DNA from: Zygnema circumcarinatum SAG 698-1b
Lineage: Eukaryota > Plantae > Zygnematophyceae
NCBI GenBank assembly: GCA_037447605.1
Contig: CM074816.1
Location: 2,446,525 to 2,510,524 of the forward strand
Reading direction: 5' to 3'
DNA: 64,000 bases
Shown here one piece after another: positions 1-11,054 of the stretch (position 1 is its first letter; every line of letters begins with the position of its first letter). The notes below the pieces were generated by a model. That model saw only the letters and a list, made by a program, of their open reading frames with translations. It did not search any database and was not told the origin of the DNA. Made by a program: the position numbers and the translations under genes.

Positions 1-2
1 AT

Positions 3-113
3 TGGGATTGCAAAGTCATCCTGAAAGTATTTGATTCGCTTCCCTCCAAGGATCAGGAATTTCTATTTGATAAGCTATTCACTAAAACTGCACGGCGGTT
101 TCCCTTATACTGA
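3..113 (+). CDS. Possible 3'-terminal coding exon of a gene starting left of the window
   Basis: Open frame WDCKVILKVFDSLPSKDQEFLFDKLFTKTARRFPLY* in non-repetitive sequence. No splice site visible and no family firmly recognised. Confidence 0.2.
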   Translation, partial: WDCKVILKVFDSLPSKDQEFLFDKLFTKTARRFPLY

Positions 114-216
114 AGATGATGCTACACGATGGAAAGCCGCTGAGTAAGAGTGCGGTGCAGGCGTTGAGAATCCTTTTGTGGTGTTGCCGTGCACCACACA
201 ATTGCTTCAGCTCCAG

Positions 217-257
<41 letters not shown>

Positions 258-541
258 TCTCTCTCTCCCCCTCCCTCCCTCCCTCCCTCCCTCTCTCCCT
301 CTCTCGCCCTCTCTCCCTCTCTCCCTCTCTTCCTCTCTCCCTCTCTCCCTCNNNNNNNNNNCCCTCTCCCTCACTCCCGCTCTCCCTCTCCCCCTCTCCC
401 CCTCTCCCTCTCTCCATCTCTCCCTCTCTCCCTCCCTCCCTCCCTCCCTCCCTCCCTCCCCCTCTCTCCCACTCTTCCTCTCTCTCACCTCTCTCCCTCT
501 CTCCACTCTCCCTCTCTCCCTCACTCCCTCTCTCCCTCCCC

Positions 542-572
<31 letters not shown>

Positions 573-1867
573 GCAGTGGGATGGAAGGATTTGCAGCTCG
601 TGCGGCAGCAGACCTTTCATGTTCAAAGTAGCGCATGTAATGCTCAAAAAGCTTTCCATCCTGTGGGACCTCATTTCTGTGTGTTTCTCTTCACTGGAAT
701 CGTTCTTCGGTCAGTAACATCGGGTACATTTGCTGTTCGCATGGAATTTTATTTACATTTTTAGGCCGCGGTGCCGATTCGGAGCATCCTGGATCATTTC
801 TTTCAAGTGGATTCCATTTTTCCGGTCAGAAGTGAAGAGAGAGAGAGAGAAAGCGACAGATGGAGTGAAAGAGTGGCGGAGGGCACCAAGCCATGCGGAA
901 CCGCGAGATAAGTAGCATTTAGTTTTGTCATGATCACGATCTAAACTGGGAATGGTGCGCAGAACAAGGCAAAGTCTGAAGGCAAGTCATTGACAGAGGA
1001 AGGATAGCTCAAGCACTGACGCACAAAAAAAAAAAAACCAAATATACAAAATAGTTATTTCTCCCACCCCCAAAAAAAAAACTTCAACTTTGCCCCATAA
1101 AACAAGTGATGTTTCAACAATGATCACGTTACTGAGTTGACTCGACGCGATGATGATAATGATCACAGACATTGGCAATGCTCTGCTCCTTGAAGGATGG
1201 TATACAACAATGGAGGGAAAGGGGGATGCCGCATTGGCCGGTCCCTACCTGCCTGAAAAAAAACCTAAGAACCCAATGAAAGTCCCAAAAAAACTAAATC
1301 TATAAATGAAAAAAGGAAAAATAAAAATCAGCAATAAGTTATTGTGAAGGCTGGGGCCTCTCCACGGCGGTTGATGAATAGCATCAACGAATAAAAGTAA
1401 AGGTAAAGGAGTCAGAGATCGTTCCCTCCGATTCAGAGCCGGAGGCCATTTTGAAACAAATAAGTAAAGGCGATGGAGAGGGAGGGAGAACCCAAAATGA
1501 GGGTCCGCCGCTCGAGCTGCTTCTCTCCCATCACTCTAGCAAATGGTACATAATTAAAATGCATTTGAAACGCATTAAAGAATTCGCTGCTGCTTGAGAG
1601 AGAGTGGGAGAGAAAGGGGGAGAGAGAGAGTGAGAGTAGAGAGAAAGAGAGAGAAGGGAAGAGAAAGAGTGCGAGGGGGAGAGAGAGAGCGGGAGAAAGA
1701 AAGGCGGAGAGCGAGGGAGAGAGAGGGGAATGAGTAGAGGAGGGGGATGGAAGCAATGATTAAGCCATTTCTCTAATACTTCAACGACAAGTCTCCGACG
1801 GTCCACCCACACGATAAACTCACGTACAGTTCTCCAAAATCAGAAGTTCGTAATTCAACAATTTCCT

Positions 1868-4753
1868 TCACCAAAGGGAGAAAGGGACGTTTGTAGCCAT
1901 GCCCTCCACGGTGCCAGGGAGGTCCTGAATGCCGCCAGCCATGGCTGCACCTCCCTCTCCCTCAAAGGACAAAAGTGAGGGATTCTCTCCCACAGCATGT
2001 TGAAAGCAATGATACATATTGAGGGACCCATTACTATCAACTTGGGCCGATTTCATAAGCCCCTCTCCTCCTCCTTCAAGAACCTCCCCATAATGAGAGT
2101 GAGCCATGGACGGCGGCGGAGCCCATCGGAGCGACTGGCCTTTACTCGCAGCTTGAAAGGCGGCAGAAAGGAAGCTATTGCCAGAGCCTGTTGGGGGAAC
2201 TTGGAGGGGTAAAAGACTCTGGAATGAGGAAGCATTTCCGGAGGAATTCGCGAGCTGTCGAAGCTCCTCGAGTCGATTAGCTGTCTGAGTGAGCATTTGG
2301 GTCCTTTGGAATGAAGAAGAAGCGTTCAGTTCGTTCTCTAACATTTCCTTATATGCCATCAAATTGACCGCATTCTGGGACAAACCTTCGGTGTTGTGGT
2401 TTCTTGGGGAGCTCGAAAACTGAGGGATAGTCTGAAGCACATCGCATGACGAAGATGACATCAAATTCGACGAATTCAGCGATGTCATACCCGTCGGCTC
2501 CTGGTCCATAGACATCGCATAAGTTAGTTCCTGCCCCGCCCCTGCCACCGACTGCGGTATATCGTTCTCTGTCGCCACTCTCCGCAGTATTTGATGTGTG
2601 TTGTTGTTCCACGAATACGAAGGAGCCGAGGAGGACTGCCACGTGGCGCCGCCTGAAGGAAGGTCAAGCGAGTTGTTATCCGCTCTCTGAAAGGTGGCCC
2701 CAAAGTCTGCCAAGTTTGAAATTCCCAGAGCTGCTGCTCTCTGTCTCGCTACGGCTCCGAGCAGTTCCGCTGTTAACAAAGACCCTTCCTTCGTTTCATG
2801 GGTCCTCCCCTCTCCGTTGTCTCCATCAAGAGCCATGGCGTCCCTGTTCAGATGAAACCCTTTAGCGAGGTTCGCTTGAATCTGCTGCAAAGTGTTGGGG
2901 TCCAGCGATAAGGACTGCGGCGGCTGGAACGAGTTCAGCTGCTCCTTCGAGATGTTCAGCAACTGCGCCACAAGGCTGTCTTGCCCCGCACCGCCCCCCT
3001 GGAGGCCGCCGCCTCCTCCAATCGAGTTCCTTGAATTCTCTGCAGAGAGAGAAGAGAACATCGGGTCGGGAGCGCTTGTCAAGATCCTTGAAACTCGAAG
3101 GAGAGAATCAATGGACGTCATTCGCCGATTCTGCGACGATTCAAGGGCTGGGATCTGTTCCTGAAAGTGCGACTTTCCCAGCGTGGCATTCTCCCCAGCG
3201 CCGACCGAAAGTGCAGCCGAAAGCCAGTCACTTCCCTCCCCTAGAAAGCCCGCCCCCAACTTGCTATTCAGAACCCTATTATTGGTATTCTCAGGATGCT
3301 CTCCGCCTGCTGCAAGGCGAGCTGCGAGTTGCGCCGTTAGAGCCGACATGTTCCCTCGGCCATGGCCGCCAAGTGGCACCCCGCGATTGCTCCACAGAGT
3401 CTCAGATTCCGACCTCTTCAGCTCCCGACCGTCCGATCCGCCGCTTCCGATTGCTCCCCAATCTTGAGATCCAATCCCGAGCGTCCGTTGGAGCGCCCCA
3501 GAAGGCACCGATTTGGAGCGCCCCGGACCCCCCAGTAAAACATCCGACACTCGAGCCATCTTTGAGGGCCCCGCGGATAAAAGCGACGAAATGTCGACAG
3601 TGACACTCCTCTTATACGAGTGAACCTTCTCCTTCCAACTCTCCTCCTTCTCTTCACTCCCACCACCTCCGTACTCCGCAAATTCCATCTCCATGGACCC
3701 AGCTTCACTCGGCTCTGTCTCCGCCAATGGCGGCGTGCTGAAGTGGACTCGCCCGCCAGATGTCTCCTTCTCTGCGCGCCACGTGGCACTCCCTCCCCCC
3801 CCAGGCTCTCCCTCTCCCTCGGCCCGGCCCGGCTTGCTCTGCGGGCCGTACTCGGCGGCGGCCCCCCCTCCCCCGTAGCCCCCTCCCCCATACCCGCCGT
3901 TGGCGAGCCTCCTCGCGGCGGCCGCGAGCTTGTTGCGCTTCTTGGGGGCGTCCACGCCGTCCACTTTCAGGGCGTAGGCCTGACGGGGAGTCGTAGGGAG
4001 CGACGACTTCAGGCCTCTCACCGCCTTCCTCAGAGCCTCCGAAATCGTCTCTGTGGGGCCCGCACTTAAAGGGGGAGACCTCAGAGCGGTGCCCCAAGCG
4101 GACCCCTGTGTGGCCGTATAGGCTGCCGCAGCTTTACTCCACGTCGGAGACGACTCTCCGCTTGTTGCTGTGAAGGCTTCCCCTTCTTTCGCCTCCCTTG
4201 CCAGCTCCTCCCTCTCCCCGCCTCTCCTCACTCTGACTTGCAAAGGCAAAGCGCTTCGAGTCGCTTCGAACTTATCTTCTTCATTCTCGTCCGTTTCTGG
4301 CTCGCTTCCAACCAATCCTATTTCGGAATCCTTCATCGAGTTTCCTCCAATGGGACGCCGCCAGCTGTCCCTCCGCTCTGTCGGAGAAACAACAAGGGCT
4401 TCTGAAGCCTTCTTTTCAAGTTCAGTAGGAGTTCGCGAAACTTTGGGAGACAGTTCTTGTAAGGCCACATCCATGGCCGGTGAAAGAGGCGGCGAAATTA
4501 GAAGGGGTATCTGAAGGCCAGTCAATTCATAGAAACCGTCCCTCTCGTACAGTTCTCCGTTCCGTTCTAGTTCCCCATAGTCAAGCTTCACGGCTCCCTC
4601 CCAATGCCACTCTCCCACATCGTGTCGGAGACTCTTCAACGGAGGTTCCCTGTCCGTGATGATTCCGTTATGTTGCAGGATTTGCTGTTTTACGGAGTAC
4701 GCAGGACGGGCTGGCATGTAGTCCGTTGGGAAGTTTTCAACAGCCAATGCCAT
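1868..4753 (-). CDS. Unknown low-complexity 961 aa protein, paralogue A (single coding exon)
   Basis: Uninterrupted 2.9 kb ORF in non-repeat DNA, closed upstream by in-frame stops. Frame is conserved with the paralogue at 11055-13808. Probable 5'UTR intron acceptor (ttgcag) near 4898. No domain recognised. Confidence 0.8.
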   Translation of the reverse strand: MALAVENFPTDYMPARPAYSVKQQILQHNGIITDREPPLKSLRHDVGEWHWEGAVKLDYGELERNGELYERDGFYELTGLQIPLLISPPLSPAMDVALQELSPKVSRTPTELEKKASEALVVSPTERRDSWRRPIGGNSMKDSEIGLVGSEPETDENEEDKFEATRSALPLQVRVRRGGEREELAREAKEGEAFTATSGESSPTWSKAAAAYTATQGSAWGTALRSPPLSAGPTETISEALRKAVRGLKSSLPTTPRQAYALKVDGVDAPKKRNKLAAAARRLANGGYGGGGYGGGGAAAEYGPQSKPGRAEGEGEPGGGGSATWRAEKETSGGRVHFSTPPLAETEPSEAGSMEMEFAEYGGGGSEEKEESWKEKVHSYKRSVTVDISSLLSAGPSKMARVSDVLLGGPGRSKSVPSGALQRTLGIGSQDWGAIGSGGSDGRELKRSESETLWSNRGVPLGGHGRGNMSALTAQLAARLAAGGEHPENTNNRVLNSKLGAGFLGEGSDWLSAALSVGAGENATLGKSHFQEQIPALESSQNRRMTSIDSLLRVSRILTSAPDPMFSSLSAENSRNSIGGGGGLQGGGAGQDSLVAQLLNISKEQLNSFQPPQSLSLDPNTLQQIQANLAKGFHLNRDAMALDGDNGEGRTHETKEGSLLTAELLGAVARQRAAALGISNLADFGATFQRADNNSLDLPSGGATWQSSSAPSYSWNNNTHQILRRVATENDIPQSVAGAGQELTYAMSMDQEPTGMTSLNSSNLMSSSSCDVLQTIPQFSSSPRNHNTEGLSQNAVNLMAYKEMLENELNASSSFQRTQMLTQTANRLEELRQLANSSGNASSFQSLLPLQVPPTGSGNSFLSAAFQAASKGQSLRWAPPPSMAHSHYGEVLEGGGEGLMKSAQVDSNGSLNMYHCFQHAVGENPSLLSFEGEGGAAMAGGIQDLPGTVEGMATNVPFSLW

Positions 4754-4787
4754 GTTGAAATGCCTCAGTTACACATGCCATCATCAT
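4737..4787 (-). promoter_or_regulatory. Overlapping uORFs at the start of paralogue A
   Basis: ATGs at 4787/4784/4781 give (MM)MACVTEAFQHGIGC*, ending at TGA 4739-4737 inside the main CDS. ATG 4776 gives MCN*. Confidence 0.55.
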
Positions 4788-5548
4788 AGAAAACGCTTCA
4801 CGGAAAAATGTCTTTTTGAAGCGGCTGAGAAACAGTTCGAAGTTCGTGGATCGAAGGCTCGTTCGGGTATTTGGAAAACATGAAGACTGGAAGGTGCCTG
4901 CAATTGGAAGGAGAGAGAGAGAGTGGAGAGGGCGAGTCAGAGGGGGAGGAGAGGGGGGGACGAGGAAAGAGGGTAATGGAGAGGGAGAGAGAAGGGAGAG
5001 GCGGTTAGAGATACGGTATGAGAGAGGATGGGAGAGGGAGTGGGATAGTGGAGGGAGTGGAAGGCAGGAGGGGGAGGAGGGAGAGGGAGAGGAAGAGGGA
5101 GAGGAGAAAACGGAGACCCAGAAGTGAATGGTTCCATAAGACGTTTTACTTTGTTACCGAAAAGATAACTCGAAAAATGAACAGGGAATAAAACAAAAAA
5201 TTAAATTCCTCATGCGCAAACAGAAATTCCAGTTAAATAATCTTAACTTTTAAATTTCACACATGGCACACGTACGCAGCGGAGCACAGTCATTGATCCG
5301 CGGGAGAGAAATTGCGAGCGAAAGTAAGGGAGGGAGGGAGGGAGGGAGGGAGAGGGAGGGAGGGAGGAGGGAGGGAGGGAGGGAGGGAGGGAGGGAGGGA
5401 GGGGAGGGAGGGAGGAGGGAGGGAGGGAGGGAGGGAGGGAGGGAGGGAGGGAGGGAGGGAGGGAGAGGGAGGGAGGGAGGGAGGGAGGGAGGGAGGAAGG
5501 GAGGGAGGGAGGAGGGAGGGAGGGAGGGAGGGAGGGAGGGAGGAGGGA

Positions 5549-8144
5549 GGGAGGAGGGAGGGAGGAAGGGAGGGAGGGAGAAATGAGTGAGTGATAAGAT
5601 CACAGAGGGACTGGGAGCGGGAGAGAGACGAAGGCCGCCCCTCTGGTTTCATGTCCCCAGGTGTGCCCCTATTCCCATTGTATTACTTTCCATTCGTCTC
5701 CATCTTCCTACGCTCTCTCTCTCTCTTCGGTCTCTCCCTCTCTCTCTCACTCTCTCTCTCTCCCTCCTATTCTCTCTCTCACTCTCACAAACGCACACAC
5801 ATTTTCCTCCGTTTCCTCTCTATTCCCACTTTCTCTTCCCCTCCATCGCCCCCTCTCTCCATTGTCCTCCCCCTCCTGCTCTCCCCCTCCCGTCACTCTC
5901 TCCTCCTCGCCCTCAATCTCCATTCTCTCCCTCTCCCCCCCTCGCTCCCTCCTCGTCCACATCACTCCTTACCTTGCTCGGAACACTGCTCTCGCTCCTC
6001 CACTCGCCCCTCTCCTCTTCCGCCACGTGTCTCGACTTCTCCCTCACTTTCCCCCTCTCTCCCTCTCTCCCTCTCCCTCTCCCTCCCTCTCCCTTCCTCT
6101 CCCTCCCTCCCTCCCCCTCTCCCCCTCTCCCCCTCTCTCCCTCTCCCTCTCCTCTCGCTGACGTCTCAACCTCCCCCGCCCCGGCCCCCGCTGCTCTCCG
6201 CGCTGCACACGTGGCAGCTCAGCGCCAGCTGGCGCACCCCAATCATGCCGCCCGCCGACAATAAGCGCCGCGTGTCGGTGCCGCCCGGGCCCTGCGCCAG
6301 CCGAATATCCCCAAAACATGGACAAATCGGGGCAGTGCCAAACGTTTCACGGGCAGCAAAGAGCGCCTTCTGATTGGTCTGTTCCCTCGATCGAAGTAAC
6401 GTTCTGGCTGCCCGTAACGTCGGGCAGCTAGAGATGCCACCGCTTGCGAGCCGTGATTCGCTGAAAGCTTTTCGGGCTGCCCGAAAAAACGATCGTCTGT
6501 TTGGAGGGTACGAATCTGTACCAGGAAGACTGTACTTTATGGGGACGTAATCAGTTTGTACATGACTACGTCATCCGAGTGATTGTGCGTCATTGTACGG
6601 TCCAAATAATTTGGCGCTTTGTGTCGGTCTGCCGGGTGGCATGTACGAACATGCAAATTCCACTTTCCTTCATTGAATCCCGAACCTCCACCGACAATTC
6701 CGCAGAAATCGCGTTCGGGTTTTGGGGATCCGCCCCAGCAACGGTCCCCGCAAAATCCAACTGCCGCCCGGAAAAAGTCAAAGCACCGACATTTTTGTAC
6801 CCTTCGTGAACGCGAAGGGCCGCGACCACCGACACGCTTTCNNNNNNNNNNGGAGGGAGGGAGGGAGGAAGGGAGGGAGGGAGAAATGAGTGAGTGATAA
6901 GATCACAGAGGGACTGGGAGCGGGAGAGAGACGAAGGCCGCCCCTCTGGTTTCATGTCCCCAGGTGTGCCCCTATTCCCATTGTATTACTTTCCATTCGT
7001 CTCCATCTTCCTACGCTCTCTCTCTCTCTTCGGTCTCTCCCTCTCTCTCTCACTCTCTCTCTCTCCCTCCTATTCTCTCTCTCACTCTCACAAACGCACA
7101 CACATTTTCCTCCGTTTCCTCTCTATTCCCACTTTCTCTTCCCCTCCATCGCCCCCTCTCTCCATTGTCCTCCCCCTCCTGCTCTCCCCCTCCCGTCACT
7201 CTCTCCTCCTCGCCCTCAATCTCCATTCTCTCCCTCTCCCCCCCTCGCTCCCTCCTCGTCCACATCACTCCTTACCTTGCTCGGAACACTGCTCTCGCTC
7301 CTCCACTCGCCCCTCTCCTCTTCCGCCACGTGTCTCGACTTCTCCCTCACTTTCCCCCTCTCTCCCTCTCTCCCTCTCCCTCTCCCTCCCTCTCCCTTCC
7401 TCTCCCTCCCTCCCTCCCCCTCTCCCCCTCTCCCCCTCTCTCCCTCTCCCTCTCCTCTCGCTGACGTCTCAACCTCCCCCGCCCCGGCCCCCGCTGCTCT
7501 CCGCGCTGCACACGTGGCAGCTCAGCGCCAGCTGGCGCACCCCAATCATGCCGCCCGCCGACAATAAGCGCCGCGTGTCGGTGCCGCCCGGGCCCTGCGC
7601 CAGCCGAATATCCCCAAAACATGGACAAATCGGGGCAGTGCCAAACGTTTCACGGGCAGCAAAGAGCGCCTTCTGATTGGTCTGTTCCCTCGATCGAAGT
7701 AACGTTCTGGCTGCCCGTAACGTCGGGCAGCTAGAGATGCCACCGCTTGCGAGCCGTGATTCGCTGAAAGCTTTTCGGGCTGCCCGAAAAAACGATCGTC
7801 TGTTTGGAGGGTACGAATCTGTACCAGGAAGACTGTACTTTATGGGGACGTAATCAGTTTGTACATGACTACGTCATCCGAGTGATTGTGCGTCATTGTA
7901 CGGTCCAAATAATTTGGCGCTTTGTGTCGGTCTGCCGGGTGGCATGTACGAACATGCAAATTCCACTTTCCTTCATTGAATCCCGAACCTCCACCGACAA
8001 TTCCGCAGAAATCGCGTTCGGGTTTTGGGGATCCGCCCCAGCAACGGTCCCCGCAAAATCCAACTGCCGCCCGGAAAAAGTCAAAGCACCGACATTTTTG
8101 TACCCTTCGTGAACGCGAAGGGCCGCGACCACCGACACGCTTTC
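5549..8144. repeat. Apparently exact ~1.29 kb direct duplication across an N gap (5549-6841 = 6852-8144, offset 1303)
   Basis: Identical ORF translations at offset 1303. The junction is the N run at 6842-6851. Most likely an assembly overlap. Confidence 0.8.
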
Positions 8145-9959
8145 GGAGATCCGACAAAAGCCAGACTGCCACGTGTACGGCATCTGCTGTTCGATTGTCG
8201 CGAATCTCCAGCTTGTCGATTTCCCGGCTGGCCATCGTGAGTCATGTCGACGTGGCGTAATTTCACTGGTTCAAACGACCATCAAAGTGTCTGTCGTTTT
8301 GTTGGTTAAGACACGTGTCGATTCCCTGCCAGCTGCAGCGTGGCAATTACCGGCTGGATAGGACGCTTCTAATCATAAAGATTCTGTCGTTATCGAAATC
8401 TCTACGTCTCATTATTGCACTGTTCGGCCGCACATGCGTCCCCGAGACCCAACTTTCGATTTTTTCGTACCGTTATCGTACGGTAATACGGAACAGCCGG
8501 CAATTTGTCGCTCTAAGAGGAGGCCTCATCTTTGTCGTTTTCTAAGGTGGCTCAACACAGAATCCGAAATGATCCGATCCTCCGTATCAGATCTTATTAC
8601 TTGCTGACGTTTTTGACGCACGCGTACGGACCTAAGCAGGACCTCCATCCACTTCCAACCACGTGTCCCAAGTTGCGCCAAACCAATCATTTGCCGACTC
8701 CTGACCCTAGCTGTCCAGCCTATATTTGTACAGTCCGGAATAGAGGGGCGGTCAGCTCCATGTCGCGACCTGTGTCGGTGCGCACTTGCGAATGTCGGCA
8801 GATCTTTGGAATGTGAGAAAAGGGCCGTTCGTACATGGCCGTATTCTCTGGGATGTACGGCTCGGTCCTTGTCAGTTGGCAGCGGACAGAATAGGTGACC
8901 GTCGTACAGAAGCGGTTACAATTTGGCACAGTACGCCTGATGCTGACGTTGGCAAAGTCGGACACCTTTGTCGAACGGATGGGAAGCCCGTGTACATGTC
9001 AGAGCGTTTGCAGTTTGGCGCAAGTTTCAAAGGTCCACGTGGCAATCTCGGATTAGCTGCCTCATTTGGCCTACGCAAGTGTAACGGCGCAAGGCGATTG
9101 GACAGGCGAGTGCACTTTTTGGACGACAACCGACCGAACGGGAGGTGGCCGTCGGCGGCCGAATTTGGCGAAGGTTGGAAAGGTCGGACCATCGGATCAA
9201 CCACGACCAACCATTGGGTTGGCGAGCCATGACCTCCATGATTGCGAGTCATTGTGCCACGTGGCATCAGGATGTATCCTCAATGGTGACGTGGTGGTGC
9301 ATGATTGGACGAGGCCATCGCGCTTTTTGGATTTCGTCGTCTCTCGGCCCACTCTTTGCCACCGTGGCATTCACGTCATCGCCACCATGGCAACCACGTA
9401 GGCGCCACGTGAGCACGACGAGTCGCCGCGCCGGCCTCCCTTGCGCACAAATCGGACAGCGACGGCACCGTACGAAAAGTCCACACGTGTGACGAGTCTA
9501 CTTGTCCTCCGACAGCGTCGCATGGCTGCGACCGCGCCACCGACCTACGGTACCCGCCGCACAATCGCTCCGTACGACCGTTCCTATATGACAAAACGGT
9601 ACCGCTTGGCCCTTCTGGCTGATTGGCATCGACCGCCCTCCGCCATGTGTCCCCTCGGAACGTTCCTGGCAGGTAGGGAACAGCGCTATGCGAAATTTAG
9701 GGCTTTAGGGTTTTTGCGATTCTCGAACTCGTAAGGCTTTTGATGATGGGCCCATCCCTCCGTACGCATACGACAAGTCGCATTCGATGAAGCTTCGGTG
9801 CTCTTTCCATGAGGCTGCGGGGCGGCGGAGGGCCCCCGCTAGCCAACAAATGACGGAACTACCAATCCGGCCTAAACACGTGGCTGACCCTTATTGGGTC
9901 TGATCAAACTGGTTTTAACTGAACTGAACGGCACCTGCAAAGTGGCGCGTGCACCGCTA

Positions 9960-10030
9960 GGAACTGCGACTGGAACAGGAACTGGAACTGGAACTGGAAC
10001 TGCAACTGCTTCTATAACTGGAGATGGAAC
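9960..10030. repeat. (GGAACT)n degenerate hexamer microsatellite
   Basis: ggaactggaactggaactggaactgcaactg visible directly. Confidence 0.8.
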
Positions 10031-11054
10031 TCCCAACTGCAAAACGCTTGATAGGGCCGTTGGAGTGACGTCACGTGTACATGCAAGGCCGCGGCGCGCA
10101 GTGCAGCTCGTGGGACCATTTTGTGTCCATTTGGTGACATTTGAAGGAACATGGACATGTGACGGCATGCACCAATAGTTCATTTTTCTATACGGAACAA
10201 AGCTTTGCACTCAGCGAACAACACCATCGAATACCAAAAAAATAGAAAAACCCCATTTTTTTTTTTTTTTCATTTAGAAGTTGCTGTGCATTAATGAAGC
10301 CGGAAAAAGAGAAGCCCAAAAGTACACAAAATGATTATTTGCGATAGCAGAAAAAAACCCTAAAAACCCTAAAAATGAATAGCAGCTACAGCCCTACAGC
10401 CCTACATACTAAGTGATCTTTTTATCGACACTGCCCCATTTTTTGAAGGATGATGGCGTACAGCAATGCGAAAAGGGAAGAAGAAGACCTCTCCCTTGAT
10501 CACTCCCTACCTCCCTAAAAAAATTCAAAAAACCCGTTCTAGAGAGACCCAAAAGATGCCAATGCCTACTACATCTTCCAGAAGGAAAAAAAAAAATAAT
10601 CAGCAACAACTTATTGTGAAGGCTGGGGCCTCTCCTCCTCCTCACGGCCGATGAATGCCATCGACCAATAGAGAGGCAAGAGGTGGTCCAGAATCATTCT
10701 CTCCCATTTATCGCCCACAACTTGAAAAATAATTAAAGCGGCCCTTCTCCAAAGTCAACAGGAAAGAGAGAGGCGGAGCAGAGAGAGCCCAAATGAGGGC
10801 CCACCGTCCGGCCATGTTCCCTCTCCCATCGCTTTCTTGAATGGTACACAAATAAATGTATTGTAACGCATTAAAGAATTCGCTGCTGCTTGCTTCAGTC
10901 ATTGCCGAAAGCAACCGTCTGGTACAAGGGAGGGAGCAGGGAGGGAGAGAGAGAGAGGGTTACTGTTAGTAGGGGCCTCCCGTTCAGCGACACTTCTCCC
11001 CTGATATACTCAGACGATAGATTCACGCACACTCCATAAGTCAACATATTTCTT

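Noticed and set aside
82-764. Multiple ORFs rich in SL/ER/EG/PS, here and in all other CT/GA tracts
   Set aside because: Translations of homopurine/homopyrimidine microsatellites, several spanning N gaps.
4613-4622. TCCCACATCG, matching the plant snRNA USE promoter element
   Set aside because: It lies antisense within a CDS (HDVGE), with no TATA box at the expected spacing and no recognisable RNA gene downstream.
5549-8144. 1.3 kb tandem duplication as a biological event
   Set aside because: The copies look identical and abut an N gap next to a hard-to-assemble (GGGA)n tract, typical of unmerged contig overlap.
8200-10210. Short ORFs in GC-rich intergenic DNA (also 15400-18700)
   Set aside because: No recognisable motifs, no consistent exon chain, and overlapping ORFs on both strands.
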